Virus record (IMG/VR): IMGVR_UViG_3300036806_000389
Location: 1-56,537 of that record
DNA length: 56,537 nt
Source of the DNA: a virus
Lineage: Duplodnaviria > Caudoviricetes
Reading direction: 5' to 3' (one strand)
Shown in pieces: positions 19,422 through 28,040 of this stretch. Position 1 is the stretch's first letter. The number at the start of each line of letters is the position of its first letter. Under the pieces are notes generated by a model. It did no database searches. It worked only from the letters and a program-made list of their open reading frames with translations, and had not been told where the DNA came from. The position numbers and the translations under genes were made by a program.

Positions 19422-20225
19422 TTACGGCGCGCCGGAAAGGTCACCCGTCTGCTGGTGTAGGAGCGACTCCTTCTGAGCCGCATTCGGGTCGTCTTTCGTC
19501 GACTGCGAGCCGAGGCTCTTGGTCGATGCTCCGCGGGCTTCAGCTGGCTGCGGCGATTGCACCGTCTGCGACTGGGCGATCCGAATCCGGCGAAGGTCGA
19601 TCGAGAACTTCGTGGCCGTTCCGTCACCGGTCACGCGAGGCTTCGCGATCCGCTCGATGAGCATGTCGAAGTATTCGCGCTGGCTCGACTCGACAGTCAC
19701 GAGCGCGCGCGACGTACGCGCATCGAGAAGCTTCTGATACGCGATCCGCACACGGTCGCGGCTTGTCGGCGATTGCAGCGCATGAGCGGCGACGTTCACC
19801 GTGGTCGGAGCAGGCGCACGAAGCACCTGTGCCGTGCGGTTCGGTCCGCCGGTGATCAGGTTTCCCACCGCTTGCACGCCTGCTTGCAGGAGTCCTGACT
19901 CGGAGATTTCTAGGGGCGGATCCGGTACGTCGAGTTCGATGGAATCGTTCGAGTAGTCGCCCATCTGCTTCGCCTGCAGATTCACCGGCGAATCGACGTG
20001 GTCGTCTTCTGGAGTCAGGTTGCCCTTGTGAGGCGTGTTGGTGATGTACCCCTCGATCGTGATTCGTTCCGGCTCATCGCGCGCGTGGTCGACGATGTTC
20101 GCGCCTTGCTCGACGGGATGGTCGGTGATCGTGAGCGAGTCCTGTGGATCCTCCGACGTAGTCGCGTCGAACTTCACCACGATCAGGTCGCCTGTGTTCG
20201 GGTCGTCCCAGAAAAGACTGGACAT
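19422..20225 (-). CDS. Dit-like/tube initiator baseplate protein
   Basis: ITDHPVEQGANIVDHA..P. Confidence 0.8.
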   Translation of the reverse strand: MSSLFWDDPNTGDLIVVKFDATTSEDPQDSLTITDHPVEQGANIVDHARDEPERITIEGYITNTPHKGNLTPEDDHVDSPVNLQAKQMGDYSNDSIELDVPDPPLEISESGLLQAGVQAVGNLITGGPNRTAQVLRAPAPTTVNVAAHALQSPTSRDRVRIAYQKLLDARTSRALVTVESSQREYFDMLIERIAKPRVTGDGTATKFSIDLRRIRIAQSQTVQSPQPAEARGASTKSLGSQSTKDDPNAAQKESLLHQQTGDLSGAP

Positions 20226-20231
20226 TGTCCT

Positions 20232-22016
20232 CTATCCAGCCTGCGGGACGAGCGCCGCTCGAGCGGAGCGCAGGTCGACGGTCTGTTGCGTTGCGTGCCC
20301 TGTAGCTTCGGCGACGTCGTGCGCGAGGTCCTCGGGAGTTCCGGGCGGCACCGTCACGTTGTTCGTGATCTTGTTCGTGGTGTTGACGGTCGTGGTCACC
20401 TTGCTGACGGGAGCAGTGGCGACTGCTGCGGGCGCGCCTACAGGTCCAGCGTTGTTCAGCGCGTCCCGATACTGCTTGTCGATATCGGCGCCTGGCCCCT
20501 TCTGGTCCTTCAAGTTCTTCAGGAACGGGATCGAGTCGAGCCACGACGTCGGACCACCCTGCACCGGCGCGTTCGGCGTCGGAAGCTGAGGGAGCCCGTT
20601 CTTCCGTCGGTACTCCTCGTCGATGGCCGGTGCGGGGCCGATGCGATTGCGAAGTGCGGCGAGGCCCGGAATAGAGTTCAGGAAGCTGTCGGCGTTCTTT
20701 TGATCCGGATCTTGCGTCCGATCGACGTCAGCCTGCGTTTTCGGCGCGCCCGTGTCGGCGTCGAATCCTTGACCCGTCAGCAGTCGCTTGAGTGCCGCGG
20801 AAAGCTTGTGCGCGAAGTCACCGGGAGCGATCAGCAGGTCCGTCCAGAACTGCGACCAGTCGGACAGTGCGCCGTCGCCGAAGATGAACTTCCAGAACGT
20901 GCCGTTGCGTAGCCCGTTGAACGCGATGTCCATCGAGTCGAGGAACCGCTTCGGGTCGCCGCCGATCTCTCCGAAGAGCCAGTCGACCGACGACTTTACG
21001 TCATCGACGAACTTGCGGACCTTCGCCGAAGTTCCCTTCCCGAAGAAGCGCTCGAGCAGATCGCCCGTGACGCTCTTGCCTCCCGCGAGGAACGTGAGCA
21101 CGTCCTCGAGCAGCAGGAACGGGATGATGGTCTTGAAGACCGCGCCTCCGAGCACCCGCAGAATTCCGGACAGTCCGCCGAGCTTCCCGCTCAAGGCGAA
21201 TACTCCGCGACCCGTGAGCGCGATGAGAGCGGCTTTGAACGCCTCGCTGTTCTTCAGCGAAGCAACCAGCCATTTGGTGAACTTGATGCCTTCCTCGGTG
21301 ATCTCGACGAGCTCTGGCAGCATTGGCCCGAGCGCCTGAATGACGATCCCCTTGAGGCCCTTTTTCAGCCTGTCGAGATTGTGGAGGATGTCCTCCGAGT
21401 TCTCGATGAACGCGTCGTCCATCCCGAAGCCGAGTTCCTCGACTTCGCCGGTGAGCTCCTTGATGCCGTCGCCGCCCTTGAGCAGCAACGGGAGCAGTCG
21501 CGCGTAGCTGCGTCCAAATACCTGGCTCGCGACGCCGGCGCGTTCGGTCGGGTTCTTGATGTCGGCGATCTTCGCCGCGACATCCGTGAAGACCTCGCCC
21601 GTCGTGCGCGCGTGGCCCTGGCTGTCCTTGAGGTCGACACCGAGCTTCTTGAACGCCGTACCCGCGCCCGCTGCTCCCTTGCCGCCCGCTCCCGCCGCTT
21701 CCCTCTGGAGGCGGGCGAGCGCCGAGTGGAGCTCGTCGACGCCTACTCCCGATTGCGTGGCGGCATGGTCGAGACCTTGGATCTCGTCGGTCGTAAGACC
21801 GAGCGCGATCGCCGTGACCTTCGCCTGCTCGGCCGACTCGAGGAGTTCCTTTCCGAACTCGATGACCTTCTCGGTCGCGAAGGCGCCGATCGCTACTTCG
21901 CCAAGCTCCTTGAGCTTGCCGATCGCCGATTCGACCTTCGAATGGCCCTTGTCGAGCTCCTTCGAATCGAACTCGACGCCGAATCGAGCGAGTATTTCGC
22001 GCAGTGCCGACGACAT
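20232..22016 (-). CDS. Tail tape measure protein
   Basis: Helical Ala/Gly/Leu-rich; FKKLGVDLKDSQG..FGRSYARLLPLL; follows the chaperones. Confidence 0.9.
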   Translation of the reverse strand: MSSALREILARFGVEFDSKELDKGHSKVESAIGKLKELGEVAIGAFATEKVIEFGKELLESAEQAKVTAIALGLTTDEIQGLDHAATQSGVGVDELHSALARLQREAAGAGGKGAAGAGTAFKKLGVDLKDSQGHARTTGEVFTDVAAKIADIKNPTERAGVASQVFGRSYARLLPLLLKGGDGIKELTGEVEELGFGMDDAFIENSEDILHNLDRLKKGLKGIVIQALGPMLPELVEITEEGIKFTKWLVASLKNSEAFKAALIALTGRGVFALSGKLGGLSGILRVLGGAVFKTIIPFLLLEDVLTFLAGGKSVTGDLLERFFGKGTSAKVRKFVDDVKSSVDWLFGEIGGDPKRFLDSMDIAFNGLRNGTFWKFIFGDGALSDWSQFWTDLLIAPGDFAHKLSAALKRLLTGQGFDADTGAPKTQADVDRTQDPDQKNADSFLNSIPGLAALRNRIGPAPAIDEEYRRKNGLPQLPTPNAPVQGGPTSWLDSIPFLKNLKDQKGPGADIDKQYRDALNNAGPVGAPAAVATAPVSKVTTTVNTTNKITNNVTVPPGTPEDLAHDVAEATGHATQQTVDLRSARAALVPQAG

Positions 22017-22026
22017 GGTTCCGCGC

Positions 22027-22284
22027 CTACTCGTTTCTCATTCGCTCGTGTTTCCGCGCATCTAGCTCGTCCACTACGTCGAGCGCCATGTGCGCGTTGA
22101 CGAGGTCAGCGAGGCTCCACTGCTGCTGAATCTCGTAGAGCGTCGCCTTGGTTCGCTCGTGAATCGCGACGCGCCAGATGAACCAAGGCAGCCCCGCCGG
22201 AACCTCTACGGCGACGGCGCCTTCGTTGCGATCCTTTGGGCGCCTTGCTTCTGCTTGGCGCCGGCGATCCATCTGGATAAAAAA
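22027..22284 (-). CDS. Frameshift extension of the tail assembly chaperone (gpGT-like)
   Basis: -1 frame stays open past the slippery T TTT TTA; ATLYEIQQQWSLADLVNAHMALD motif. Confidence 0.8.
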   Translation of the reverse strand, partial: FFIQMDRRRQAEARRPKDRNEGAVAVEVPAGLPWFIWRVAIHERTKATLYEIQQQWSLADLVNAHMALDVVDELDARKHERMRNE

Positions 22285-22661
22285 TCCGCGAAGTTCACCT
22301 TCAGGCACGCGAGCACCCAGGACGTCCAATGGAGGTAGCGACCCGCGAAATGGTCGTCGTACATCTCGCCGGACATCTCGACCCAGAGCTGCGCGCCGCC
22401 GGCGCTCGCCCCGATTCGACACGTCTTCGCAAAGACGCGGCTCAGACGCTGCATCGTTCCCGTCGGAAGCGCGGAGAGCGACTTGAAGATGAGCGCCGCG
22501 ACCAGCTCTTCGGCGCCTCCGGATGCCGGTGCATCGCCCGCGAAAGCTTTCTGAGCGACGTTGACCAGCTCCTCGTAGAGAGCGAGTCCTTCGTCCGTCG
22601 GAAGAGGGGTGATCTCGTACGACGTGTCGTCGACCTGCACTACCTGCGCGACACGGGCCAT
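22206..22661 (-). CDS. Tail assembly chaperone (gpG-like)
   Basis: Lies between tube and TMP; ends LKVNFADFL at the slippery site. Confidence 0.85.
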   Translation of the reverse strand: MARVAQVVQVDDTSYEITPLPTDEGLALYEELVNVAQKAFAGDAPASGGAEELVAALIFKSLSALPTGTMQRLSRVFAKTCRIGASAGGAQLWVEMSGEMYDDHFAGRYLHWTSWVLACLKVNFADFLSRWIAGAKQKQGAQRIATKAPSP

Positions 22662-23089
22662 TAGTGCGACCCGACGAAGCGAACGTTAGGCCCGACGATG
22701 AACTCCCAGGTGACGTCGTCGGCTTCTGCGCCGACCTTCTCGTCAGGGAGCTTGGTCAGCATCGCGGCGACGCCGACCATCTTTGAGGTGCCTTTGCGGT
22801 CTTCGTACGCCAGAGGACCGGGCAAGCCGTCGGCCGCCTGGCTCGCGTTGTAGTATGCCGAGAGCAGCGCGTTCGTCTTCGACGTCTGCAGGTACGTCGC
22901 CTTGATGCGTGTGACTCCCTGCGGCTTCTGGTTGAACGCGACCTCGCCGTCCAATCCAACGACGGTCGTGACCGATTCCTCCTCTTGCGTGATCTCGAGG
23001 AATCCGCCCTTGCCTAGGCCCTGCGTGCAGTCGATGCCGGCGAAGTTGAAGGTCCAGACGTATCCGGCCCAAACGGTGCTTCTTTGCAT
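22661..23089 (-). CDS. Tail tube protein (DUF3277-like)
   Basis: VGLDGEV..YLQTSKTNALLS; follows the sheath. Confidence 0.85.
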   Translation of the reverse strand: MQRSTVWAGYVWTFNFAGIDCTQGLGKGGFLEITQEEESVTTVVGLDGEVAFNQKPQGVTRIKATYLQTSKTNALLSAYYNASQAADGLPGPLAYEDRKGTSKMVGVAAMLTKLPDEKVGAEADDVTWEFIVGPNVRFVGSH

Positions 23090-23181
23090 GGTGTGCCGAT
23101 CCGTTTGCGGGCGAGAGCTCGCGTTCTTCGCCGACGCGGAATGCGCGGACGGAAACGCGGGCGCGACGCGCCGCTATGGCT

Positions 23182-24507
23182 TCAGACTGTGATGGTCCCG
23201 TCGACGCTGACGCTGTGGAGCGCGCCGCTCAGACGGTAGTGGTACTTGAACCCTGGAGCTTTTCGCTGCGCTCGATTCGACGCGCCGATCGCGGCGAGCG
23301 TCGGAACGGTGACCGTCGGCGGGTCGTCCACCCCGTCGATGCCGTCGGCGACTACGCCCTTCTGGAGTGAACCCTCGAGCACGAGACCTACGCGGGACAA
23401 TCCCTTGCTCGTGAACGGTTCCTTCGGGAGGCCCTGCAGCTCCTGGAAGATGTCGAAGTCGATCGTCGACGTCTCGAAGTCGATGAACCGCGTCGAGTCG
23501 AAGTAGCGGCCGCTGCCGGCCTTGCCCTCCCAGAAGATCGGCGTGCCGTGCGACTTGACGTAGATGTTGCCGTTTTTCGCGTCGATCGCGGACTTCACCG
23601 AGCTCGGGATCACGTCGAACGTCACCGTCGCGACGGTCTTGAACGCCCAAGTCTCGGCGCCAGGATCGACGGCCAGGCGCCCCGCCATGATGCCCGCTGC
23701 GAGCCATTCCGTTCCGCCGAGTTGCGTGTGGTACGCGACGCCGGTGCGCGTGTACGACGCGGCCTGGATCGCGAACATGACGTCCGTCGTCGAAGCCGGA
23801 TCTCCGCATGCCGAGTCTGAAGATTGAGCGACGCCGATCGCGGTCTTCGGCTCCATCGCGGCGGCGAGCAACAGCGCAGTAGCCTTGCTGTGCGAGTCGC
23901 ACACGACGGCGCCGTAATAGCTCGTGTCCTGCCCGTCGAGCTCATGGTCGATCGCGGCGATCGTGTCGTCGGTCGTCGTGTCCGCAGTCGTGTCGGCGAA
24001 GTTGAGCCACTGCCCCGGATTCACGTCCACCGGTGCGCCGGCGACGTCGGCGGTCACGGTGACGAGCGTGCTCGATGCGGTCGAAGCCACTCCCGCCAGG
24101 GCCGTGATGATCGTCGATAGAGCGGTGCACACGGTCGCAACCGTCGCCGATCCCGGCACTGTGTACGTGAACGGTTGGCCGTTGATCGTGCCAGCGTAGA
24201 TCGCGCCCTGGGTGGTGTTTGTGGGCCCGAGCGTGAACGTCTGCGTGAGCGCCGCCGCCCTCCGGCCGATCATGATCTGCGTCGGCGACGGCTGCTGACT
24301 GAGCGCAGTGCTTGCCGCTCGGTAGAGGTAGTCGTCCGTGGCGAACCCGTCGTCGATCAGCTCGTCGAGGCCCGAGTAGAGCTTCGAGAATCGATCGGTC
24401 CACACGGTGTGAAAGCCGATCAGGAGCGGAATGCCGAAGCTCGGGCGCGTCGGCTCGACGTCGGTGATGGTGTTCGTAACCTGGACGATTTCGTCGACTG
24501 AGCTCAT
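23182..24507 (-). CDS. Tail sheath protein (DUF3383-like)
   Basis: PGAETWAFKT, EGKAGSGRYFD, LSGALHSVSVDGTI. Confidence 0.9.
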   Translation of the reverse strand: MSSVDEIVQVTNTITDVEPTRPSFGIPLLIGFHTVWTDRFSKLYSGLDELIDDGFATDDYLYRAASTALSQQPSPTQIMIGRRAAALTQTFTLGPTNTTQGAIYAGTINGQPFTYTVPGSATVATVCTALSTIITALAGVASTASSTLVTVTADVAGAPVDVNPGQWLNFADTTADTTTDDTIAAIDHELDGQDTSYYGAVVCDSHSKATALLLAAAMEPKTAIGVAQSSDSACGDPASTTDVMFAIQAASYTRTGVAYHTQLGGTEWLAAGIMAGRLAVDPGAETWAFKTVATVTFDVIPSSVKSAIDAKNGNIYVKSHGTPIFWEGKAGSGRYFDSTRFIDFETSTIDFDIFQELQGLPKEPFTSKGLSRVGLVLEGSLQKGVVADGIDGVDDPPTVTVPTLAAIGASNRAQRKAPGFKYHYRLSGALHSVSVDGTITV

Positions 24508-24577
24508 TTGGCGTAGCTCTCCCTTCCGCGGGCTAACCGCGAAGGACGCCCGCTCTCACGCGGGCTGGTGGGGCGCG

Positions 24578-25219
24578 TCAGATCGACGCGGGGATCGGTT
24601 CGTCTTCGACGTTTGGCGGCGAAGGCAACGTGAGTCCGTCAACGTCCACGATGTCGGACGTGACCGTGATTTGCTGGATCCAACCCGTGGGGATCGGGTC
24701 GTCGTCGTTCACGACGGTGCCGAGGATGAAGTCCATGCTCGCGCACGAGACGACGCGGCCGTTGTCGCGGAACGACGTCTTGACGGCCTGCTTGATGTCG
24801 ATGATCGAGATGTCGTTGTCGATCAGGTAGTCCGTCACCCGCGTGCGGCAGATGCGGGTCCGGATCCTCTCCGTGGCCGCCATGGCCCATTGCACGTCCG
24901 TGTGCTCGGGAACGATAGCCTGCACCTGCAGCGTGAACTTGCGCTGCCCCACCGCGCTCGTGCGCATGTTGCCTAGATACGGCTGATCCGCGGGATCAGT
25001 CGACGACGGGTCCACGTACTCGTAGCGCTCCTCGTCCGTGCCGATACCCACGACGGACGTGACCTTCAGCAACAGCGAAAGCTTTTGCTGGTCGTGCGTG
25101 ATGCCGCGCTGTCCCTCTTTCCACTCTGCGGCAAATCTGTCACTCAGTCGCGCCGTGTCGACGGCCGCGGTCGTGAACACGTCGATCAGGACGGGGCATA
25201 TGTTCGACCAGCCGATCAT
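24578..25219 (-). CDS. Neck/tail terminator protein
   Basis: Position before the sheath; GQRKFTLQVQ. Confidence 0.65.
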   Translation of the reverse strand: MIGWSNICPVLIDVFTTAAVDTARLSDRFAAEWKEGQRGITHDQQKLSLLLKVTSVVGIGTDEERYEYVDPSSTDPADQPYLGNMRTSAVGQRKFTLQVQAIVPEHTDVQWAMAATERIRTRICRTRVTDYLIDNDISIIDIKQAVKTSFRDNGRVVSCASMDFILGTVVNDDDPIPTGWIQQITVTSDIVDVDGLTLPSPPNVEDEPIPASI

Positions 25220-25713
25220 TCTTCACCGTCGCTCGAGTCCTGGTCGCTCACCTTGTGGCTCACGCTGGTCCAGAGTTTCCCCTTGTCGATCAAGGGAGTT
25301 GACGAACCCTTGCGGCGCACCGTCTCTTCATCATCAGGCGGATCTATGCCGGCCTTGATGCGCTGCTGAACCTCTCCGACGCAGCGAACGCCGAACCGAT
25401 CGAGCGCTTGGTCGACGCTCTCGACGGACCCGTCTACGACAGCACGCCCGATCGACCGCAGCTGCTCCTTGTGCTGCGCGTCGCTCTCGTCCTGCCAGTC
25501 GACGATGAACGAGCGTCGTGGCACGCCGAGCCCGAGCTCGTTGAACGTGGCGACGTCGCCGACGGTGACGCCGTCCTCGTACTCCGCCGCGGCCTGCTCA
25601 TCGTGGATCCCGACCGTGACCTGCTTCGCCTTGGCCTGGAGCCGCTTGAAGAGATCCGAGTAGCCACGATCCGTGTCCTTGACGAACCGTCCGTGGCTAT
25701 CTCGAGAAGGCAT
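25216..25713 (-). CDS. Neck/tail completion protein
   Basis: VATFNELGLGVPRRSF, TVRRKGSSTPLIDKG. Confidence 0.8.
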   Translation of the reverse strand: MPSRDSHGRFVKDTDRGYSDLFKRLQAKAKQVTVGIHDEQAAAEYEDGVTVGDVATFNELGLGVPRRSFIVDWQDESDAQHKEQLRSIGRAVVDGSVESVDQALDRFGVRCVGEVQQRIKAGIDPPDDEETVRRKGSSTPLIDKGKLWTSVSHKVSDQDSSDGEE

Positions 25714-25717
25714 GGAG

Positions 25718-26008
25718 CTACGTCACGAGCATGGGTATGACGAGGCGTCGCCGCGCGTCGGCAAGTCGCTGCGCGTAGGGGCTCGCTACTGGCTCGTTTT
25801 GCTTCGTGTCGTCGACTCGCCGCATCGAAGCGCCGAACGGCGAGAGCCACAGGATGTCGGCGGTGAGCAGTGCGTGCGCCGTGTCGTAGTTCTCGCCCCA
25901 CGCTTCCGCGCTCGTCTGCCCCGCGGCCTCCGCCAGTGCCCCGTTCACGAGGCGATCCGACGCCTGGTCGAACTCGGGGAATCGCTGGCGGAACGTGTCC
26001 AGATCCAA
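25718..26008 (-). CDS. Head-tail adaptor (DUF4054-like)
   Basis: FRQRFPEF..LLTADIL..SPYAQ. Confidence 0.8.
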   Translation of the reverse strand: MDLDTFRQRFPEFDQASDRLVNGALAEAAGQTSAEAWGENYDTAHALLTADILWLSPFGASMRRVDDTKQNEPVASPYAQRLADARRRLVIPMLVT

Positions 26009-26017
26009 GGCGATCGC

Positions 26018-26266
26018 CTACTTTTTCGACGTCTTCGGTGAAGCGAGAGCAGCTTCAGATTCCCCAGGCTGCGACTCCTCCGCCTTCGGGCGCTTGTCCG
26101 GCACGCGTTCGACGACCATCTGCCCGCACTCGTGGTAGGGCGCGAGCAGACGTTCGATCAGGTTGCGGCGGGTAGCATCCCCGTCGGGGATCTGGTTTTC
26201 CCCGAGGGTGATTTCGATGCCGTAGGCCGGCCACATGCGACCGACGGTGCTCTTGACTTTGAACAT
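26018..26266 (-). CDS. Small protein following the major capsid gene
   Basis: Fills the gap in the operon. Confidence 0.6.
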   Translation of the reverse strand: MFKVKSTVGRMWPAYGIEITLGENQIPDGDATRRNLIERLLAPYHECGQMVVERVPDKRPKAEESQPGESEAALASPKTSKK

Positions 26267-26297
26267 GGGGAATCGACCCTTTCGGCGCTCCGACGGA

Positions 26298-27284
26298 TCA
26301 GGTCGGGTCGCAGTAAGAAACGGCTTCCGGGTGGTAGAGCTTCACGCCGCCGACGCGCGCGATGCAGTTGGTGATGAGCTCGAGCCCCTGCGCCTGAGGC
26401 GGAAGCTGCTCGAACAGGAGGGGGACGACGCCTTCGAGTACGAGCGGCGCCATTCGGTAAACAAGGATGCGCGGACCGGTGCCGGCCGCGTTCGCGGTCG
26501 CCAGCTTGTTCCACTGGCGGACGTCCTTGATGTACGGGTTGTTCCGCTTGAACCACTCGAGCACGGACAGGTCGCTCGTGTTGCCCACCGGCGTGGTCGC
26601 CGCGATGTCGTACATCGAGGACGGCATCACCATCAGGTTGGGGAGCAGCGTCGACTTGTTCTGCAGCGTGGCGTTGAGGAGCGCCGCCGGCTTGTTGAGC
26701 GCCGCGAGCTGCGTCGCCGCTGGAGTTGCCCCCGTCCAAGGGGTGAACGACGTGGTGTCGACGGCGACCGCCGGGTTGTTGGCGAGGCCCGTCACGTTCA
26801 GGCTGAACGCCTGATCGTGCGTCTGCCCGAACGCCAGCACCTGATCGATCTCGTCGTCGATCGAGGCTCGCGCGTTCTGCGCCTTCCACATCTCGATCGG
26901 AAGGTTCAGACGAGCGGCGTTCCGGAGCTCCATGAGTTCGAAGCCGTACGAGTCCGCGACGGTGTAGACCTGTCCGAGGATTTCGTCCTTCTTCAGGTCG
27001 ACCCGCGGAATGTCGGTGACGCCGTTGCCGATGATCTTGGCGCGGCCCGTGCGGTCGAGCACCGGAGTGGAGTACGTCTTCGCGTCCGGCGCGATGTCCG
27101 TTGCGAGGGGAACGAACGTCATGGCGACGTTGTCCGCGTACTGGACCTCGTAGAGCTTCGCGCGAAGCTGGGTCAGCTCGCGCTCGAGGAACGCGGTTTC
27201 GTTCGCATCGAAGCGAACGTCCGACGAGGAGCCAGCCTGCTCCACCATTCGCGCAAGCGCGCGAGCGAGTCTCATGTTTCTCAT
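26298..27284 (-). CDS. Major capsid protein (DUF2184/HK97 fold); alternative start at 27317
   Basis: FLERELTQL, DIPRVD, GLANNP, RVGGVKLYHP. Confidence 0.92.
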   Translation of the reverse strand: MRNMRLARALARMVEQAGSSSDVRFDANETAFLERELTQLRAKLYEVQYADNVAMTFVPLATDIAPDAKTYSTPVLDRTGRAKIIGNGVTDIPRVDLKKDEILGQVYTVADSYGFELMELRNAARLNLPIEMWKAQNARASIDDEIDQVLAFGQTHDQAFSLNVTGLANNPAVAVDTTSFTPWTGATPAATQLAALNKPAALLNATLQNKSTLLPNLMVMPSSMYDIAATTPVGNTSDLSVLEWFKRNNPYIKDVRQWNKLATANAAGTGPRILVYRMAPLVLEGVVPLLFEQLPPQAQGLELITNCIARVGGVKLYHPEAVSYCDPT

Positions 27285-27431
27285 GACCTGGGATTCCCTT
27301 TTTGAAAAAGGGCGCACCTCCGCGCTTCGCCGGAGATGAGCGACGCCCCTCGTTGAGTTGTGCGGTGTGTGTGAGGGGCTCGACGCGGCTACGCGCTCAG
27401 CGGCGCGTACTCTCGAGTCGAGCCGTCAGGA

Positions 27432-27911
27432 TCAGCCGGTGAGCTCGAGCACGGGCGGAGAAGTCGTTCCGCCGCCCTTGAAGAGGCGAGCGTTCGGCAG
27501 CGCGACACAGGTCGCCGTGTCGGCGTCGTTACGGAACGCGCCGAGCTGAGTGCCGGTGCCGGCGGCGAACCGACAGAACGGCGTGTCGGTGACAACCACG
27601 GTCTCTTCCGCCACCGCGAACGCGCGGCCACGGACCATGACGCGCATCGCGTCACCGGTCTTATAGCCAGCCGTCGTTGGCAGGCTCTTGTCGCGGAGCA
27701 CGAGGCCTCCGTTCGCGATGCCCGTGACGTCACCGGTGGCCGCCGGGGAGGTGCCTTTGCCCTCGGTCTTGAACGAGACCCAGACGCCGAAGGGTGTGTC
27801 CTGGGCCGCGATCTTCGTGACGATGTCCATGGGCGTGTCGTCGTACGGGTCGCCCGGAACTCCGATGATCGCGTTCTGCGCGACGCTGGATTGAACGGCA
27901 GTGATCGACAT
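27432..27911 (-). CDS. Capsid decoration/cement protein
   Basis: Immediately upstream of the MCP; TPFGVWV..YKTGDAMRVMVRGR. Confidence 0.8.
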   Translation of the reverse strand: MSITAVQSSVAQNAIIGVPGDPYDDTPMDIVTKIAAQDTPFGVWVSFKTEGKGTSPAATGDVTGIANGGLVLRDKSLPTTAGYKTGDAMRVMVRGRAFAVAEETVVVTDTPFCRFAAGTGTQLGAFRNDADTATCVALPNARLFKGGGTTSPPVLELTG

Positions 27912-28040
27912 GAGTTTGGTCTTTCCTGTGCTTCAGGGTGTTTTGGTCAGTGCGCACCGGCGGAACGAAGGGGCCCGGGCTCCTCGACGCAAAGGGCGCC
28001 GAGACTTACCTGGTCTCTTCGGGCTCGCCGGCGAGCGTCC

